This document shows positions 24,571-37,869 of a stretch of DNA of 64,000 nucleotides, piece after piece. Location: the NCBI GenBank assembly GCA_000388065.2, contig KB932202.1; one strand, given 5' to 3'. The translations under genes and the position numbers were made by a program. Position 1 is the stretch's first letter; each line of letters starts with the position of its first letter. The notes under the pieces were generated by a model. The model had not been told where the DNA came from and ran no database searches. It worked only from the letters and a program-made list of their open reading frames with translations. This stretch comes from Fonticula alba ATCC 38817 (taxonomy: Eukaryota; Protista; Nucleariida).

Positions 24571-27450
24571 CTTCTCTCTCTCTTTCTCTTTCTCTTTCTC
24601 TCTCTCCCTCCCTCCCTCTCTCTCCCTCTCTCTCTCTCTCCCTCTCCCTCTCTCTCCCTCTCTCTCCCTCTCTCTCTCTCTCCCTCCCCTTCCCTCCTCC
24701 CGCGCATCCTCCTGTCGTAGCTGCCCCTTCGGCGGAGCTAACCCCCCCTCCCCCCCTCATGGCCTGACGTAGATCATGCTCCTTGGTGCTCTGCGGCTAC
24801 AGGCCTCCGGCCAGCCGGTGCTGGCCACGCGGGCCGGGGCCGAAGTGGCCGGCGTGGCTGGCGACGTGGAGATCCTTTCGCCCGTGGGCGCTGGCCAACC
24901 ACCGCACACGGTGCGGCCAGATGGCCGGCCCGCCCAGGCGGCCTTCGGTTCCGGCTCCACCGGGGACAGCACCGGATCGCGTCTTGGCGGCCAAGGGTCC
25001 TCCTCGGCGGCCACCGTGGTGCCGGTTCGCGAGCCCGGCGTCCCGCTTGTGGGCCCGGCCACGGCGCAGGCTCTCGGGCAGTGGCATTTTCCCGACCGAT
25101 ACCCCGGCCCGGCGGCGGACTTCCCATACTCGGACTTTGTGTTGGCCAGCGGCCGGCGCTCGTCGCGCTCAGCGGCCGAGGCCGCGGCCGCCAGGCAGCG
25201 CTCGGCGGCCGCCAGGCAGCGCTCGGCGGCCGCCACCGGGGCCGATGCCACCGATGGCACGGGCGCCCCGGCGGCGGCCGATGTCGACGATCCGGAGGAG
25301 GCGCCCCGCCCGCCGGAGCCCGAGCACCGGCCTGGGGGAGTGCAGCCGGACGCGCGGGCCGCCTGGGACGGCCGGGTCTCCAACCGGCCACCTATACGGC
25401 CGGCGGGGAGGCCGGCCCGGCCCAGCAGCCCCCCACCCGGGAGCCTGCCTCGTCTGGCCGCTGGTCCGGCTCGTCGAACTCCGGCACCGAGCATGAGCTG
25501 CCCGTCCTGCCGGTCGACGAAGAGGAGGACGACCTTTCATGGGCCAGCACCTCGATGATGTTGAGCGACTTGGACCGGGTGGCGCGCCTGGCCGCAGCGA
25601 CGCCAGCACCTGCGCGGCCGGGTGGGCTTCTCCCGCCGCTGTCCCCCGGTGGCCATGGGCTGACCCCTTCGGAGGCGGCCGGCGGCGTGGTTTCCCGGCC
25701 CGGGCCTCTGGAGCCATACACCCCCCCCTCCGGGGGGAGTGGCTCGCACGAAGCCGACGATGTGTCCTCGCACCAGCTGAACCGGCTGCTGGAGGACCTG
25801 GGCACGGCGCTCAATGCCATGGGTTCGCCGTCGGACGCGGCGGCCATCGGACGCGACATGGCCCGAGTTGGCTTCTCGCGGTCGGTCATGGAGCCCTCGT
25901 CGCTGTTGGACTCCTCGGTGCCTGGCCCCGCCGGCAGCCGGGGTGGTGGTTTCGGTGCCGGCGTCGGCGTCGGCCCCGGCAGCGGCAGCGAGGGCGACGC
26001 CTTCCCAGCCCGGGTGTGGGAGAACCCCCTCGGGGAAACCTATTTGCAGTTTGGCGTCCCGCGCGAGCTGCCGGCCGAGGCTGGCCATGCTGACGCCAGC
26101 CTGTCGGCGGCCAGCAGTGTCGACACGCGAGTCATCGAGCAGCTGTCGGCCGCCGTGCAGCACCTTCGCCCGACGGACTTCGATTCCGGGCAAATCCACC
26201 GAATCCTGGATGACACGACGTTCTTGTCGACCCCCGGGTCCTCGGCCACGCCGCCCTCCTCGCGGTCTGCCCGGACCAGCGCGTCCCGCTCGGCATACCG
26301 GGGGTCTGCCGCGCAGCTGGCCAGCAGCACCTCGCAGGCCGAGGTGTCTTTTGCTTCGGAGGAGTTACCTCCGGCGCCGGTGCCGGCACCGGTTCCCGCG
26401 GCAGCTCCGGTTGCCTTCCCGACCCCGGTTCCCGTGCCGGCAGCTGTTCCGGCTTTGGCGCCGGTGTCGGCAGCACCAACTCCCGCGGTGGCGGTCCCCG
26501 CGCCAGCAAAGACGCCTCGTCCTCCGAGTGGCGGCGCCCTGCCCGTCGGGTGCGCGGATGCCGCCTTTTGCCTGCCCCTTCCTCCCCTTTGGCCCTTTCC
26601 TGCCATCCGCCCGCCCATTTGCCCCCTGCGCCTTCTTGTCTCTGACCTGTGTTGTGCTGGGCGATCTCCTGCATGGACAGCTTCCCCCCGGTCGGGCCGA
26701 TGCCTGCGGTCCCGGTGCACCATCACCATCATGCGTATCTGCAGCAGCAGCCCTTCCCCGGCGGAACACCCATGCCTGGGCTGCTCCGGTCTGTCGACTC
26801 GTCTGGCAATCTCTCCTCCTCCTCCTCCTCCTCCTCCTCCTCCTCTTCGACGGACAGCCTGTCCCTGGTCCCGGCACCGGCTCCGGGCCCGGGCCCAGGC
26901 CCGGCCCCGATCTTGATGTCCCGGTCGCCAGCGCGGCCGCTTTACGAGGCCGACCTCCATGGCCCGGGAGATGCGGCCTCCGGGCTCTCGGCCTCCGGCC
27001 TTTCGTCGGAGTACTCGCTCTCCGCGGCACGGCGCCGGCCGGCGGTCCAGTCGCCCTCCCCCCAACGGCATGTCTTCCCGGCCGCCAATCCGGGAAGTCT
27101 TCCCAGCCAAGCCGAGTCCGACATGTCGGACTCCTCGAGCCTGAGCGCTCCGCCCGGGGGGTGCGTACGCGCCGGCTCGCCGCGACTCTCAGCCTCCTCC
27201 CCCACCCCCTCCGCCGACGCTGACCCTGTTCTTCTCCCCCTTCGCCTGGGCCGCTCCCCTCCCCGCATGCCTGGGCCTTGCACACGGGAGCAGTGTGCAC
27301 AGACGCCCGCCGAGTTCCGGCGCCCCGCCGAGCGCCGGCACGTGGGCGCCCTTCCCCCCGGCCCCGGATGCCGGCCCCGGCCCGGCCGGCCATGGCCGGG
27401 TCCCGGCGGTCATTCATACCGACGACCTGGAACGGCTGTTTTTCGGGTGA
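24207..27450 (+). CDS. Hypothetical Ser/Pro/Ala-rich protein (4-5 exons)
   Basis: ATG 24207, intron about 24480-24772, long coding-like segments 24773-26549 with a frame change near 25340-25410, exon about 26681-27160, and a last exon ending VIHTDDLERLFFG-TGA (27448-27450) with consistent splice phase. No recognisable domain. Confidence 0.55.
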
Positions 27451-28073
27451 GTGCTCAAATGCCAACGGAACTACGCTGACAGTCGATTGTGGGCTCTCTC
27501 TCTCTCTCACTTGATGCGGGTATTGTGGGGGTGGTGTTCGTGGCAGGGGGGGGGAGATGGTGGTGGCGGTGGGGACAACAGGGGTGTTTGTGTGCGCGCG
27601 TGTGTGCGTGCGTGTGTATGTGTGTGCGTGTGCGTGTGCTTATTTTCCGCCCCGTGACGGGGAAGTCCGTCGGCGCAATGACCCCTATCCTTGTCCGTGT
27701 CCCTCCATGAAATGGACCCGGGGGGGGGGGGGGGGCAGAAATGTCACTGGCTGGATCTTGTCATGATGGGGGCGGGGCGGCTCCCCCCAGCGCATTTGGC
27801 CAAGTGTAGGCTCGCCGGCGGCGCCCCCGCCATCTCCGGCCATGTCGCTGGGCGCTTGAGTGTTGCCTGATGGCCTTGCGCTTCGCGCGACCGTGCGAGG
27901 TGAGGGCACGCAGGCCCCCGCCCCCCGGTGGTGCCTGCCGACTCGGCGCGCCCACATGCTGGCCTTTAATTGCCTGGTCACCAGGCCTCACGGGGGAGGG
28001 CGTCCTCCACTCTGCCTTCGGCCCCTTTTCCCTGGGCAACGGGCCGTAAGTGGGCATGCAACGTCCTTGGCGA

Positions 28074-28107
28074 GGGGGGGGGGGGGGGGGGGGGGGCGCT
28101 GGGGCCC

Positions 28108-28173
<66 letters not shown>
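28074..28173 (+). repeat. Intergenic poly-G tracts (about 23 nt and 58 nt)
   Basis: G runs at 28074-28096 and 28116-28173, upstream of the NXPE-like gene. Confidence 0.88.
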
Positions 28174-28175
<2 letters not shown>

Positions 28176-28496
28176 TCTTGGTCCGCCAGTGCCAGGGCCT
28201 GGCATGGGTCGGGGCGGGCCCCGCGGACGGAAGCCTTCTGACAGCGACCCGGGCCCAAGTGGCGGCAGAGGACGCTCCAGCCCCGCATCTGCTTCTTCTT
28301 GTCCTTGCCCCCTTTCTCTCGCATTGTTGTTTGCCTCCTTTTCGCGCCCCGCCTTCCCCCCCTCGCGCCCCGCTGCTCCCCCGTGCTGCGCCAGCCTCCC
28401 CGTGCAGACTTGCCGCGCGCGGCTCGCGTCGCGCCCTTTCCGCCCATTTGGCCCTCCCCTCCCCCCCCCCCCGGCCGCAAGGTGCCCCGCCTAAGC

Positions 28497-31400
28497 ATGG
28501 GAGCCGACGACGCCGCGCCCGGGATCGGGCTCCACCTGGAGCTTGACGACGCGGAGGAGGACCTCCTTTCAGTCCACGGGTCGCGGCCAGCTGGACGGCC
28601 GCGACATGGCCCGACCAGCCGAGCCGATGGTCCCCTCCGGTCGCTGGGCCGGGGCTTGCGCCGCGCGCTGCAGACACTGGCCGGCAGCCGGCCCGTGGCG
28701 CCGCCCTCGAGCCCGGCCGACACCGAGCGGCACTCGTTGGTGGCCGAGCTCAGCCGGTCGAACAGGGCAAGGCGCAAGTCGCCGGCAGCGCCGGGCCCCA
28801 GCCCGGGGGACCACCATCTCCCGGGGGCCGGTCGCTCGGGACCCTTGAAGCCGCGCGCCGACCGGCGCCTGGTCCTCCTTCGCCAGGTGTTCTTGGCGAC
28901 CATCGCCGCCGCGGCTTTTGTCGCGCTGCTCGTGGTGCGTGGAAGCCCCCTCGCCGCGGCCCCCACGCCGAGGCCGTGCTTAATCTGACTTTCGCGCGCG
29001 CCCCTGGTGCCCGACTCGCGGGCAATCTCACTCCCCGCGCCCTCTCGCTGAGGCAGGTTTTTTCCCCACCCAGCGGGGATATCACCGTCGATGGGCAATA
29101 CACATGCGAGTGCGTCTGCCCCGGGCGCCGGGGGGCCTCCTTGCGTCCTGGCGCCTGTCCGCCGAGAGGCGTCCTCCGCTGACCATCCGCACGTCATACT
29201 TCCCTCCAATTCGCCCGCCGTCGCCGGTTGGCCGGTGGCGCGGCGAACGCAACCCCAGGGCCGCGGTCCGGGCCTCCCTCAACATGGTGGTCACCTCGAC
29301 GGCCAACCTGCAGACGAGTGTCATCCGGGCGGAGGACGCCCAGCGCCTTGCGCCCACCGTGCCGGAGCGTTTTGTCCTGGCAGCACGGCCCCGGCCGATG
29401 GACTTGCAGAGTGTCGTGGCGCCGGTCGGCTTTGAGGAGCAGCAAAATGACGCGTCCGTGGCCCGCGACGCCGGGTCCTGGTGGACCGTGCGCATCATGC
29501 CCTCGCCGGAGCTCCACTGCGACTCGCTCGGCTCGGACGCCTGCTCCAACCCCGGCAGCTGGTCCTTCTTCCCGCTGAACCCCTCGACCCAGCACCCGGG
29601 CTACTCGGGGTGGGACAGCGCGCTGCGCGCGCCGCGCGCATGCGCCGGGCACGCGGCCTTCGACATCCTGTACGCCACCCAGGGCGGGGAGATCTTCGGC
29701 GCGGCCGACGATGAGGGGCACATCGAGCCGGACACGGCCGCCGGTCTGCCGGGCGGCGCGGCCGGCGAGCTGGCCGATGCCACGGCCGGCTCTGCCGGCG
29801 CGGCCACCCCCCCCTCTGGGCCCCACCAGCCAACCATCGGACGGGGCTGGTATGAGGCCACGCTCTACATGCCCATCGAGGGGGCGTGGATTGTCGGGGC
29901 CCATCTCCTGTGGGAGTACTACCCCCGGGGTCTGGAGTGCGTTTGTCCCCGCGCGGCCATTGGGTCCTTTTCACCCCGCCCCCCCCCCCCCGGAGCCGCG
30001 TATGCCGGGCCCGGGGCCCCTTTCGCCGGCCGCCCCCGGTGGCAGCTTGCTCGCGCAGCCCAAACTAATGTCACCCGCCTGTGGCCCAGTAACTATGCCA
30101 CCCACCAGTCGGCCATCGCCTCGCTGGCCGAGAACATCGCCTCGCAGCAATCCCCGGAGACCAACTTCCGGAACCGGCACCGCCAGGTGGTGTACCCCCT
30201 GCCGGCGCCCCTCGGGGCCGGGGCCCACATCGCCGGGTCGCCATCGCTCTTCTACCGGCCGGCCACGCGCGACCCGCGGTCGCCGCCCTCGCGCCATGCC
30301 CGGCACATTGCCCGGTCCTTCAGCATCAGCCGCCGGCAGTTGCCGCTGTGCAATTCGTCGTCCTCCCCCTCGGGCACGGTGCCGGACTTCACGCGCATGG
30401 CCGGGGTCTGGTCGTCGGACGCCCTGTCGCTGTTCTTCCCCTCGGGCTGTCGGCTGGCCCGGATCGCGCATCCCCGGTGGCTGCCGCAGCCCCGGCGGCC
30501 GGATTCCACGGCCGACCTGACCGATTCGGACTTCGGCCCGGCCGGCCGGGTGCCCCGCATGGCCGACCACGACGCCGACAATCTGACCGCCGTCGGCTTC
30601 CACAAGGGCCTGCCGTTGGGCATCGACCTGGATGCCTTCGAGCAGGACCCCGTGGAGGAGTGGCTATTCAGCTACGAGCGCCGTGACGACCCGACCGTGC
30701 GCACCAATCGCCGGTGGATTCGCATCATCGGCGGGTCCAATGCCCAGCGGACATTCCAGCGCCTGTGCGACATCCTCCCCTCGACGACGGACCCCCGGAC
30801 GGCCGGGCCATCGCGCGTGTGGAGCCACTCCTCGGGCCGGGTCCGAGCCTGCCTGCCGGCCAACGGCGCGGTCATCACCTTCCGCCATTGGGTGTATCAG
30901 GGCCGACCGGCGGCCGAAGGGGCCAAGACCGGCACCACCGGCACCACCGGCACCACCGGCACCGCCACCAGCGATGACGGCCTCCAGCGGGAGCTCCTGG
31001 AAACCAGCCTGCTCTTGGACTTGACCCAGGCCGGCCTGGCCCCGGGGGATCTGATCGCCTCGGCCTACTATCGGCATCATTTCCCGGTGCAGGCCGCGCC
31101 GACGGCCGCCGGGTCGGCCAGCGGCCCGGCGCCCCACCCGGACCCGCAGGCCGAGCGTCTCGGAGAACGACGCGCCCCGGACATGCTGTGGCTCATGATG
31201 GAGCACCAGGCCCCGCATCGGGTGCACGACATTGGCCTGCCCCTGCGCCAGGCCCTGACTCGGTACAGCCGCCTGCTGGCCGACACCCCGGCCTCGGAGA
31301 AGGCCGCCAGCATTCCCCCCCGCGAGCGCATCCTCTTCCTGACGGAGATGGCCGTCCGCACGGATGCCGTGGTGACCAGTCACCTGGGCCCGGATGTCCG

Positions 31401-31719
31401 GGATGATGGGCTCTATGCGGCGGGGTTGCGGCTGGCGGCCGCGCGTGTGCATGAGCGCTTCCGCGCCGGCGACCGGACCCCGGTCCAGGATGAGGTCATC
31501 GCCCGCGCCGGGCAGCGTCTCATCCAAACCAATCGCCGGATTCGCGCCCGGGCGTTGGACATCCGCTCGTCCATCGGCGACCTGGCTGTCATTGTGGATC
31601 TCTTCGGGCCGACCATCGGCCTGGCCGCATGGGGCCTCATGCCGGACATGTTCCACCTGCCGGATGCCGCGTACACGGCCGTCGTGGAGATCACCCTGAA
31701 TGCCATGCGCCGGCTGTAG
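28497..31719 (+). CDS. Predicted type II membrane protein with an NXPE/PC-esterase (SGNH-like) luminal domain
   Basis: ATG 28497. Single hydrophobic segment VFLATIAAAAFVALLVVF spanning a splice junction, two short introns, then a long ORF to TAG 31717-31719. Motifs GRGWYEATLY (Ig-like strand), IRIIGGSNAQR (GDS-like loop) and C-terminal PDMFHLP (DxxH). The CDS is well supported; the family call is moderate. Confidence 0.7.
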
Positions 31720-31859
31720 TCCAAGCAGCGAATGCATGACAGGTCTTTGTAGAAGCAGAGCTCGGCCAGGTGGGAGGTAGGGGGGGGGGGGGCAAAGCTG
31801 GATCGGGGGAAGGGCGCAAGCACGAGGAGGAGGATCGAGCGAGGAGCACGACCCGAGCA

Positions 31860-34791
31860 TCACTCCGCATTCGCCAGTCCGACGATACGCGACCGGCGCC
31901 CGGTCCCATCGATGACAAAGAGGTTTTTGACCAGGTCCCGGAAGAGGGTGGTGTTGTTCTTGTTCGCCTGGAAATGCGCATCGAAGCTGGGTGTGCCCGC
32001 GAGCGAGAGTGAGAAGAGACGGGAGGAGGTCAGCATACACAGGTGGGAGAGAGAGAGAGAGGGGGGGGGGGCGAGGGACGAACAGCCAAACGCAGGGGGG
32101 AGGGGGAGGACGCACTGCTTGCGGAAGGAGTCCAGCGAGATGGGGCTTGGCCGGCTGTTCCAGCGGTCCAGCAGGTCCTGAGCCGTGAGGAGGTTCGGCA
32201 CTGTGTGTAGCGGTGTTGACAAGGGCCATCCGGGGCAGGGAGGAAGGGGGAAAGGGAGGGGGGGGGGGCATGAGCACGGCGATCTAAACGCGAGAGGATG
32301 CCAAAAAAAAGAAAAAGGCGGCGAGGAAGCGGGGCACTTACGGGTAGGATCGAGCTGCGGAATGAAAAAGGGAGGCGTCCGATCAGGGCGGCAAGACGAG
32401 ACACATCACCGTTAGAGCCGGGAGATGGAGTGTGCAAAGGCCGGGGGCAAAGAGAGGGGGCGGGGGAGGGAACAAGCATGAGCAGGGATCGGACGCACAG
32501 CCGGCTTCTTGGCCGCATTGCCGGCCGACTGGGGGCGCTTGCGCTTGCCGGTGCCGGCCAGCTGCGCGGCTTCCGAGGCGTCTCCCCCGGCAGCCAGGTC
32601 GGACCCGTCTTCATCGGCGTCCTCGTCACTGGTGAAGCCGCCGTCACTGACCGCGGCATAGGGGTCGTAGTCACTGGAGTAGTACTCCTCCGAGTCGGAG
32701 TCCTCCGACTGCTGGCCACCGCGGTCAATGACCGACTCGCGCCAGACCGCCTGGAACTTGGGGTTGCGCCGGCGGGCGCGGTTCCGCTGCCGGCGCTCCT
32801 CATCCTCGATGGTGTCCATGGCTTGGTACTGTGGGCACGTGGAGTAAAACAGGCGCGCGCGCGCGCGCGTGTGTGTGTGTGTGTAGGTGCAGGCGCAGAA
32901 CGTGTGGATTTGGTGTGAGAGCGAGCCAGGACACCTGGCAGGACAGGGGGGGGGGGGGAGGGACCGGCGAGTGCCTGACAAAGGACAGGCGGGAGCCGGC
33001 AGGCGCAGGGGGAAGGAAAAGGTGCAGAGGGCAGCAGGCACACCGGAGGGCGCGGCAGCGGGCCCTGTCACGCACCGACAGATTGCGCTCCATTTCCTCA
33101 TGGTCAAAGTCATCATGCACGTTGGAGCCGGTGTCATCGAAGAGCCAGGTGCTATCCTCATCGGGGTTGACCTCGACGTCCTCGAACTCCTCCTGGTCGT
33201 CGTCCTCGGCAAATTCGCCGAAGCCCTCCGGGTCATCGTCCGGGTTGTCGAACTCATCGATCGGGCCGGTGCCATCCATCAGGCGCCGGTACTGCCGGCC
33301 GCCGGATTCACCCTCATCATCGTCGGACCAGTTGCCGGAGCGGCCACCACGGCCAGCACGACCAAAGCGAATGGCCGAAACACCCCTGCGACGGGAGCCA
33401 AAGCAGCGGAGCCAAGCAAAATGCAGGGAGGTTAGCCATGCGAGAGTTCAAGGGGGAGAGGTCGGGAGAGGTCGGGAGAGGTCGGGAGCGCGATGCTCCT
33501 GGAGAAGCCGACATACCCGCCGCTGCCGCGGTTGATGCGCCCGGCGATGCGCTGCTCCAGGCGGATGCGCTCCGCATTGCGGCGTTCGATTTCGCGGAAC
33601 TTCTTCAGTGCCTCGGTCGGCTCATTCCGGTTGACCGGCGGCAGGCCGGCCTCCAGGGCGGCGGCATTTTGCGCGGCGATGGCGGCCTGCGTCGGCTCGG
33701 ACGGAAGCTCCGAGACACGCATCGCCGCAAAGGCATAGGTCTGCGTCACCGGGATGACATTCAGCTGCCCGGGGTTGGTGGCGTCGCGCACCAGCATGAC
33801 ATACGTCGACCGGGTGGCCCCGTCCGTGGTGTCGGCCTTCCCGTGGTAGGTCGTGTCGCAGGCGGTAAGCGTCCACGGGGAGCGATCCTACATGCACAGG
33901 GGGGATGGCCACGCGACGAGGACATCAAGGAGACAGGGGCGGAAGGCGGAAAGGGGGGTCAGTCAGGCGGGGCGGCAGGCCGTCAGCCAGGCGGCGGAAG
34001 AGCCGGGAGAGGGGCGGGAGGATCGGACTACGAACACGCATGGTGACAAAGTGCGTCTCCGGGGTGCGCCGGTCGATGGACAGCTGGCGGGTCTTCTGCC
34101 GCCGGCGCCGGGGCTTCTCGTCGCCATCCTCGCCGGCAGCCGGGCCGGCGGCACTGGCTCCGGCTCCGGCGCCTGCAGAGCCAGCGGCCGCGGCGGCAGC
34201 AGCGGCGGCAGCTGCCGCCGGCGACCCGAGACCCAGGACACTCGACCCGGGGGTGAGCCCGGCCACGGCCGGGGTGTTCTGGGGCTGGTGGACCACACCA
34301 CCGCGGCGGGTGATGAGTCGCTGCTGGTCCCGCAGGAAGCCCGATGCCTGCATGCGGAATTGTTTCCGGATGTTGAGCGTCTTCGGGCCGCCGGTGGCCG
34401 TGCCGGTGGCCACGGCATAGTCACGGAGCGACTGCAGGTCTTGCGAGGGGGTCTGGAAGGTCATCAGGTGGTACTGGTGCCCGATGTCAGCCAGATGCGA
34501 GACGAGCCTGAGCCCGGCACACGGCGAACGGGAGGGGGGGGGGGGGCGAGGGCATTTCAACGAGCGGTGAGCATGAGAGGAAGCGACACATGAGCGCGTG
34601 CGCGTGCGCGGGCGCACAGGCACACATGCAAACACAAGAAGGCGGTGTGCGGGGGACACAGGGAGAACGCACGTAAACTCCTCCATGTTGGCCGGGAGGT
34701 TTGATGAGAAAGGGGACCGGCGCTCCATCATCCGCCGGCTGGCGGCGGCGAAGGCGCTTCCAGGCGGGGCAGCGGGCGGATTCGAGCTCAT
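31860..34791 (-). CDS. GTF2F1: Transcription factor IIF large subunit (RAP74/Tfg1)
   Basis: ATG 34791 (MSSNPP), about 7 exons. SPWTLT...YHGK...STYVMLV...LNVIPVTQTYAF resembles the RAP74 triple-barrel segment (PWLL...G...YY...FP...WYNF). Long acidic middle region (DDDPEGFGEF...DFDHEE) and a short C-terminal winged-helix-like region (LTAQDLL...LFRDLVKNLF). TGA at 31860-31862. Confidence 0.75.
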
Positions 34792-35621
34792 GATGGTGTG
34801 TGTGTGTGTGTGTGTGTGCTCCGCCGCACAGAGGGAGATGGAGGAGCGGGAGGAAGGGCTGGGAGAGGCGGGGACGGCGGGGCTGTGGGGGGAACAAGAG
34901 GAAAGGCAACAAGCAGGGGAGGAGGAAAAAAGAACAGCGGGCAGGGGGAGGGGAGGCAACTAGATGCCCAGACGCGGTCCGTCAGGGGCTCCCACACCGC
35001 CCCGGCAAATGTGTCCCGGCCCTTGTTCGAGGCGGTTTTAGCTGCACCTCCGCATCTTGTGTCCCCCCCCCCCCCTCCCCCTCGTGCCCGGCTCCACACC
35101 CGGTCTACGCGCGCGCGCTCGGCGGGCGCCGCGGTCCCGGGCAAGAAGGCGCGGCGGCCAGCCAGCAGGGGGCTGTCCGGACCCCTGGAGGCCGGGCTGC
35201 GGCATCTTGCACCGATTCTCGCGCCCAAGGGGGAACATTCTGCTCGGTGCCCCGGCTCCAGACGGGTCTGCGCGCGCGTGACCTGGATACCATGTGGCGT
35301 GATACATTCCATGGCCCCATTCTATTCCCGCAGAATCGTATGCGGGCATGTTTCCCCCCGGGTCCGGGGGGGGGGGGGGAGCGGCGTTTCCCCGGCCACG
35401 CCCACCTTGCGTAGACAGGCCCCGGCCGTTTGAGGGGCCGGCCGTGGGGCTCGAGGGGGGGGGCGTGAGGTGCCTTTTCGGCAGACCTGCCGCCTTCCGT
35501 GGGATGTGTCTCTGGGTATCACCCTCCTCCATCCCGCTTCCTCCTCGCCTCTCCTCCATTTCCTGCTCCCCCTTCTTTTGATATCCCCCCCTCTCTCCCT
35601 CCCTCCCTTGCCCAACCGACT

Positions 35622-36976
35622 ATGAATAACGGACACGAGCTGACGTACGAGATCTTGCATGTGCCTCCTCCTCTCGGTGCAATGCCCACCTAACAGCCTG
35701 CGTTTTTCCCTCCTTCTGCCCGGACCCCGGGCTCGGCCGCCCCTCCCTCCCTTTCCTTCCCCCCTTCCCCGCCCGCCCCCCCCCCCCTCTCCCCGTTTCC
35801 CAGCGTTGTCCTCCCCGGTGACACCCTCTGGACCAACTGTCCATCGGTGGCGGCGGCCTCGCCGACGGCCGGGAACCTGGCCAGCGGCACGGAGAACGCC
35901 CCTCTGACCCTGGGCCCCGGTGTGCGGGCCATCTTGCTGGACGCCGAGGCGGAGCCCAGCGACTCGGCCACGCCGGTGGCCATCGTCAGCTCCAGGGCCG
36001 GTGTGGCATGGCGCGGTCCGGGCGCCGCGAAGAGCGCCTCCGCCCCGAAATCCCTCTGGGTGGAGTCCCACAGCCGCCGGGTGCGTCCTGGCACCGGCAT
36101 TCACCGTCGGGGCTGTCTTTGCTCCGGCCTCGCTCGGTGCCCCCCCCCCCCCCGCCTTGCGATCTTGTCCGACGTCATCGCTGACCCTGGCTGCCTTGCC
36201 ATTTGCCCCTTCCCCCCCCCCCCCTCGTCCAGTACCTTCCGGCCGAGAATGAGTCGGTGATCGGTGTCATTGTCGACCGCGCCGGGGAAACCTACCGCGT
36301 GGACATCGGCGCGCCCACTCTCGCCTCTTTGCCGCTCATGGCCTTCGAGGGGGCAACCAAGAAGGTCCACCCCGACCTCAAGGTGCGTGCATGCCCAGCC
36401 GGTCCTGATCCTGCCCCCAGCTCGTCCCATGTGTTGGACTCACCTTTGCGTGCGCTCTTCCTGCTCGACCCCGCGCCGTGCCCTCCCCCTCCCCCCTCCC
36501 CCCTGTCTCCTGTGTCGCGGATCTGCTCGCAGCCCGGAGCCGTTATCTACACGCGCATCTCCATGGCCTACCGTGACCTGGACCCGCCGGAGCTGGACTG
36601 TCGCCAGGCCGATGGGCTTGGCGGCCATTATGGCGCTCTGCCGGTGGACGGGCCCATTTACTGCTTCAATGTGCCGATTGCCGCGGCCCGGCGCCTGCGC
36701 GCCCCATGCCCGGCCGGCAACACCCGGCCCCCGGCCCGCGATCGCCAGCCCCTCAGCGTGCTGGACATCATGCGCACGCACTTCCACTTTGAGGATTGTG
36801 TCGGCGACAATGGCGTCGTCTGGATTCGTGGCCTGGGCTCGCTCGAGGGGGCCAACGCCTACCGGGCAGTGGCTCTACTGGCCGAGGCCATCAAGATGGC
36901 CGACGGCTGCTCGCAGGACATGGTCAACAAGATTGCCAAGACCCTGGTCGATACCCTGGGGCTCCACTCTTCATGA
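35622..36976 (+). CDS. EXOSC3: Exosome complex cap subunit RRP40
   Basis: Exons 35622-35644, 35804-36080, 36233-36382, 36533-36976. VVLPGD, YLPAENESVIGVIV, YRVDIG, LPLMAFEGATKK (S1 domain) and the KH-region GDNGVVWI. Confidence 0.93.
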
Positions 36977-37869
36977 GAGGAGGTGCCCTCCCGGGGGGCG
37001 AGGGGCCAGGCGGCGGCTCCGGTGCAGGAGGCTGCGCGCGCGCGTTGCGGCATTTTCCCTCCCCCCCCTCCCCCCCCCCCTCTGTGTGCCCTCCCGGCTG
37101 CATGCTCTGGTGAGCGTGCCTCTGCCCGCACGCCTGCCGGCCCTGCTGGCCCCTCGCCCGATGTCGGTGTTCTCCCAGCGCGCGCACGCCCACACACACA
37201 CACACACACACTCAAGCATGCGTGTGCCACCCCCTCGCATTTGGCTCCCTGATTGAATAGATAAAAAACCTCCCAAAAGACCCCTTCTTGCCCTTCTTGC
37301 CCGCCCGCTGGTGATTGCCTCCCTCCCCCCAGAGCCGGCAAATCGCGCACGCCCCCGGCGAGAGGAACCGGCGGGTGAAGGCGCCTGCGTGGCCAGATGC
37401 CAACGGTCGGAGCGGAATCGTGGAGCCCCGAGCATGTGATGTGCGCGCGCGCCGAATCTGTTACCTGCGCTCTGCCGCGCTCGGCGGCCTCTTGCGCACG
37501 CTAGTGTTGCCTCCCGGAAACTGGCGGCGCCGTGCGTGTCGGGGCGTGTGCGTCTGGGGAGGTGGTGGGTGGGCTGGGGCGGTTCCGGCCGCCGAGCCCC
37601 CGGGCCGAGGGCCGGTGGTCTAAGAGCAAGCCGCGCACAGCGGACGGGCACCTGGAAGGATACCCGTCGCCGGCCCCTCTCCCTCCCGCCTCTCCCTTGA
37701 GCCATCCCTTCTTCGCCTTTCTCCCTCCCTCCCCCTGTCCGGCAGGAGTCACCCCCCCCCCCTCCTCATACACATACACACACACACACACACATTCACG
37801 CACCGCACCGCACCGCATCGCATCGCACCGCGTCCGCCTCTCCCCCCGACCGTCCTCCCCGCTGCCATC

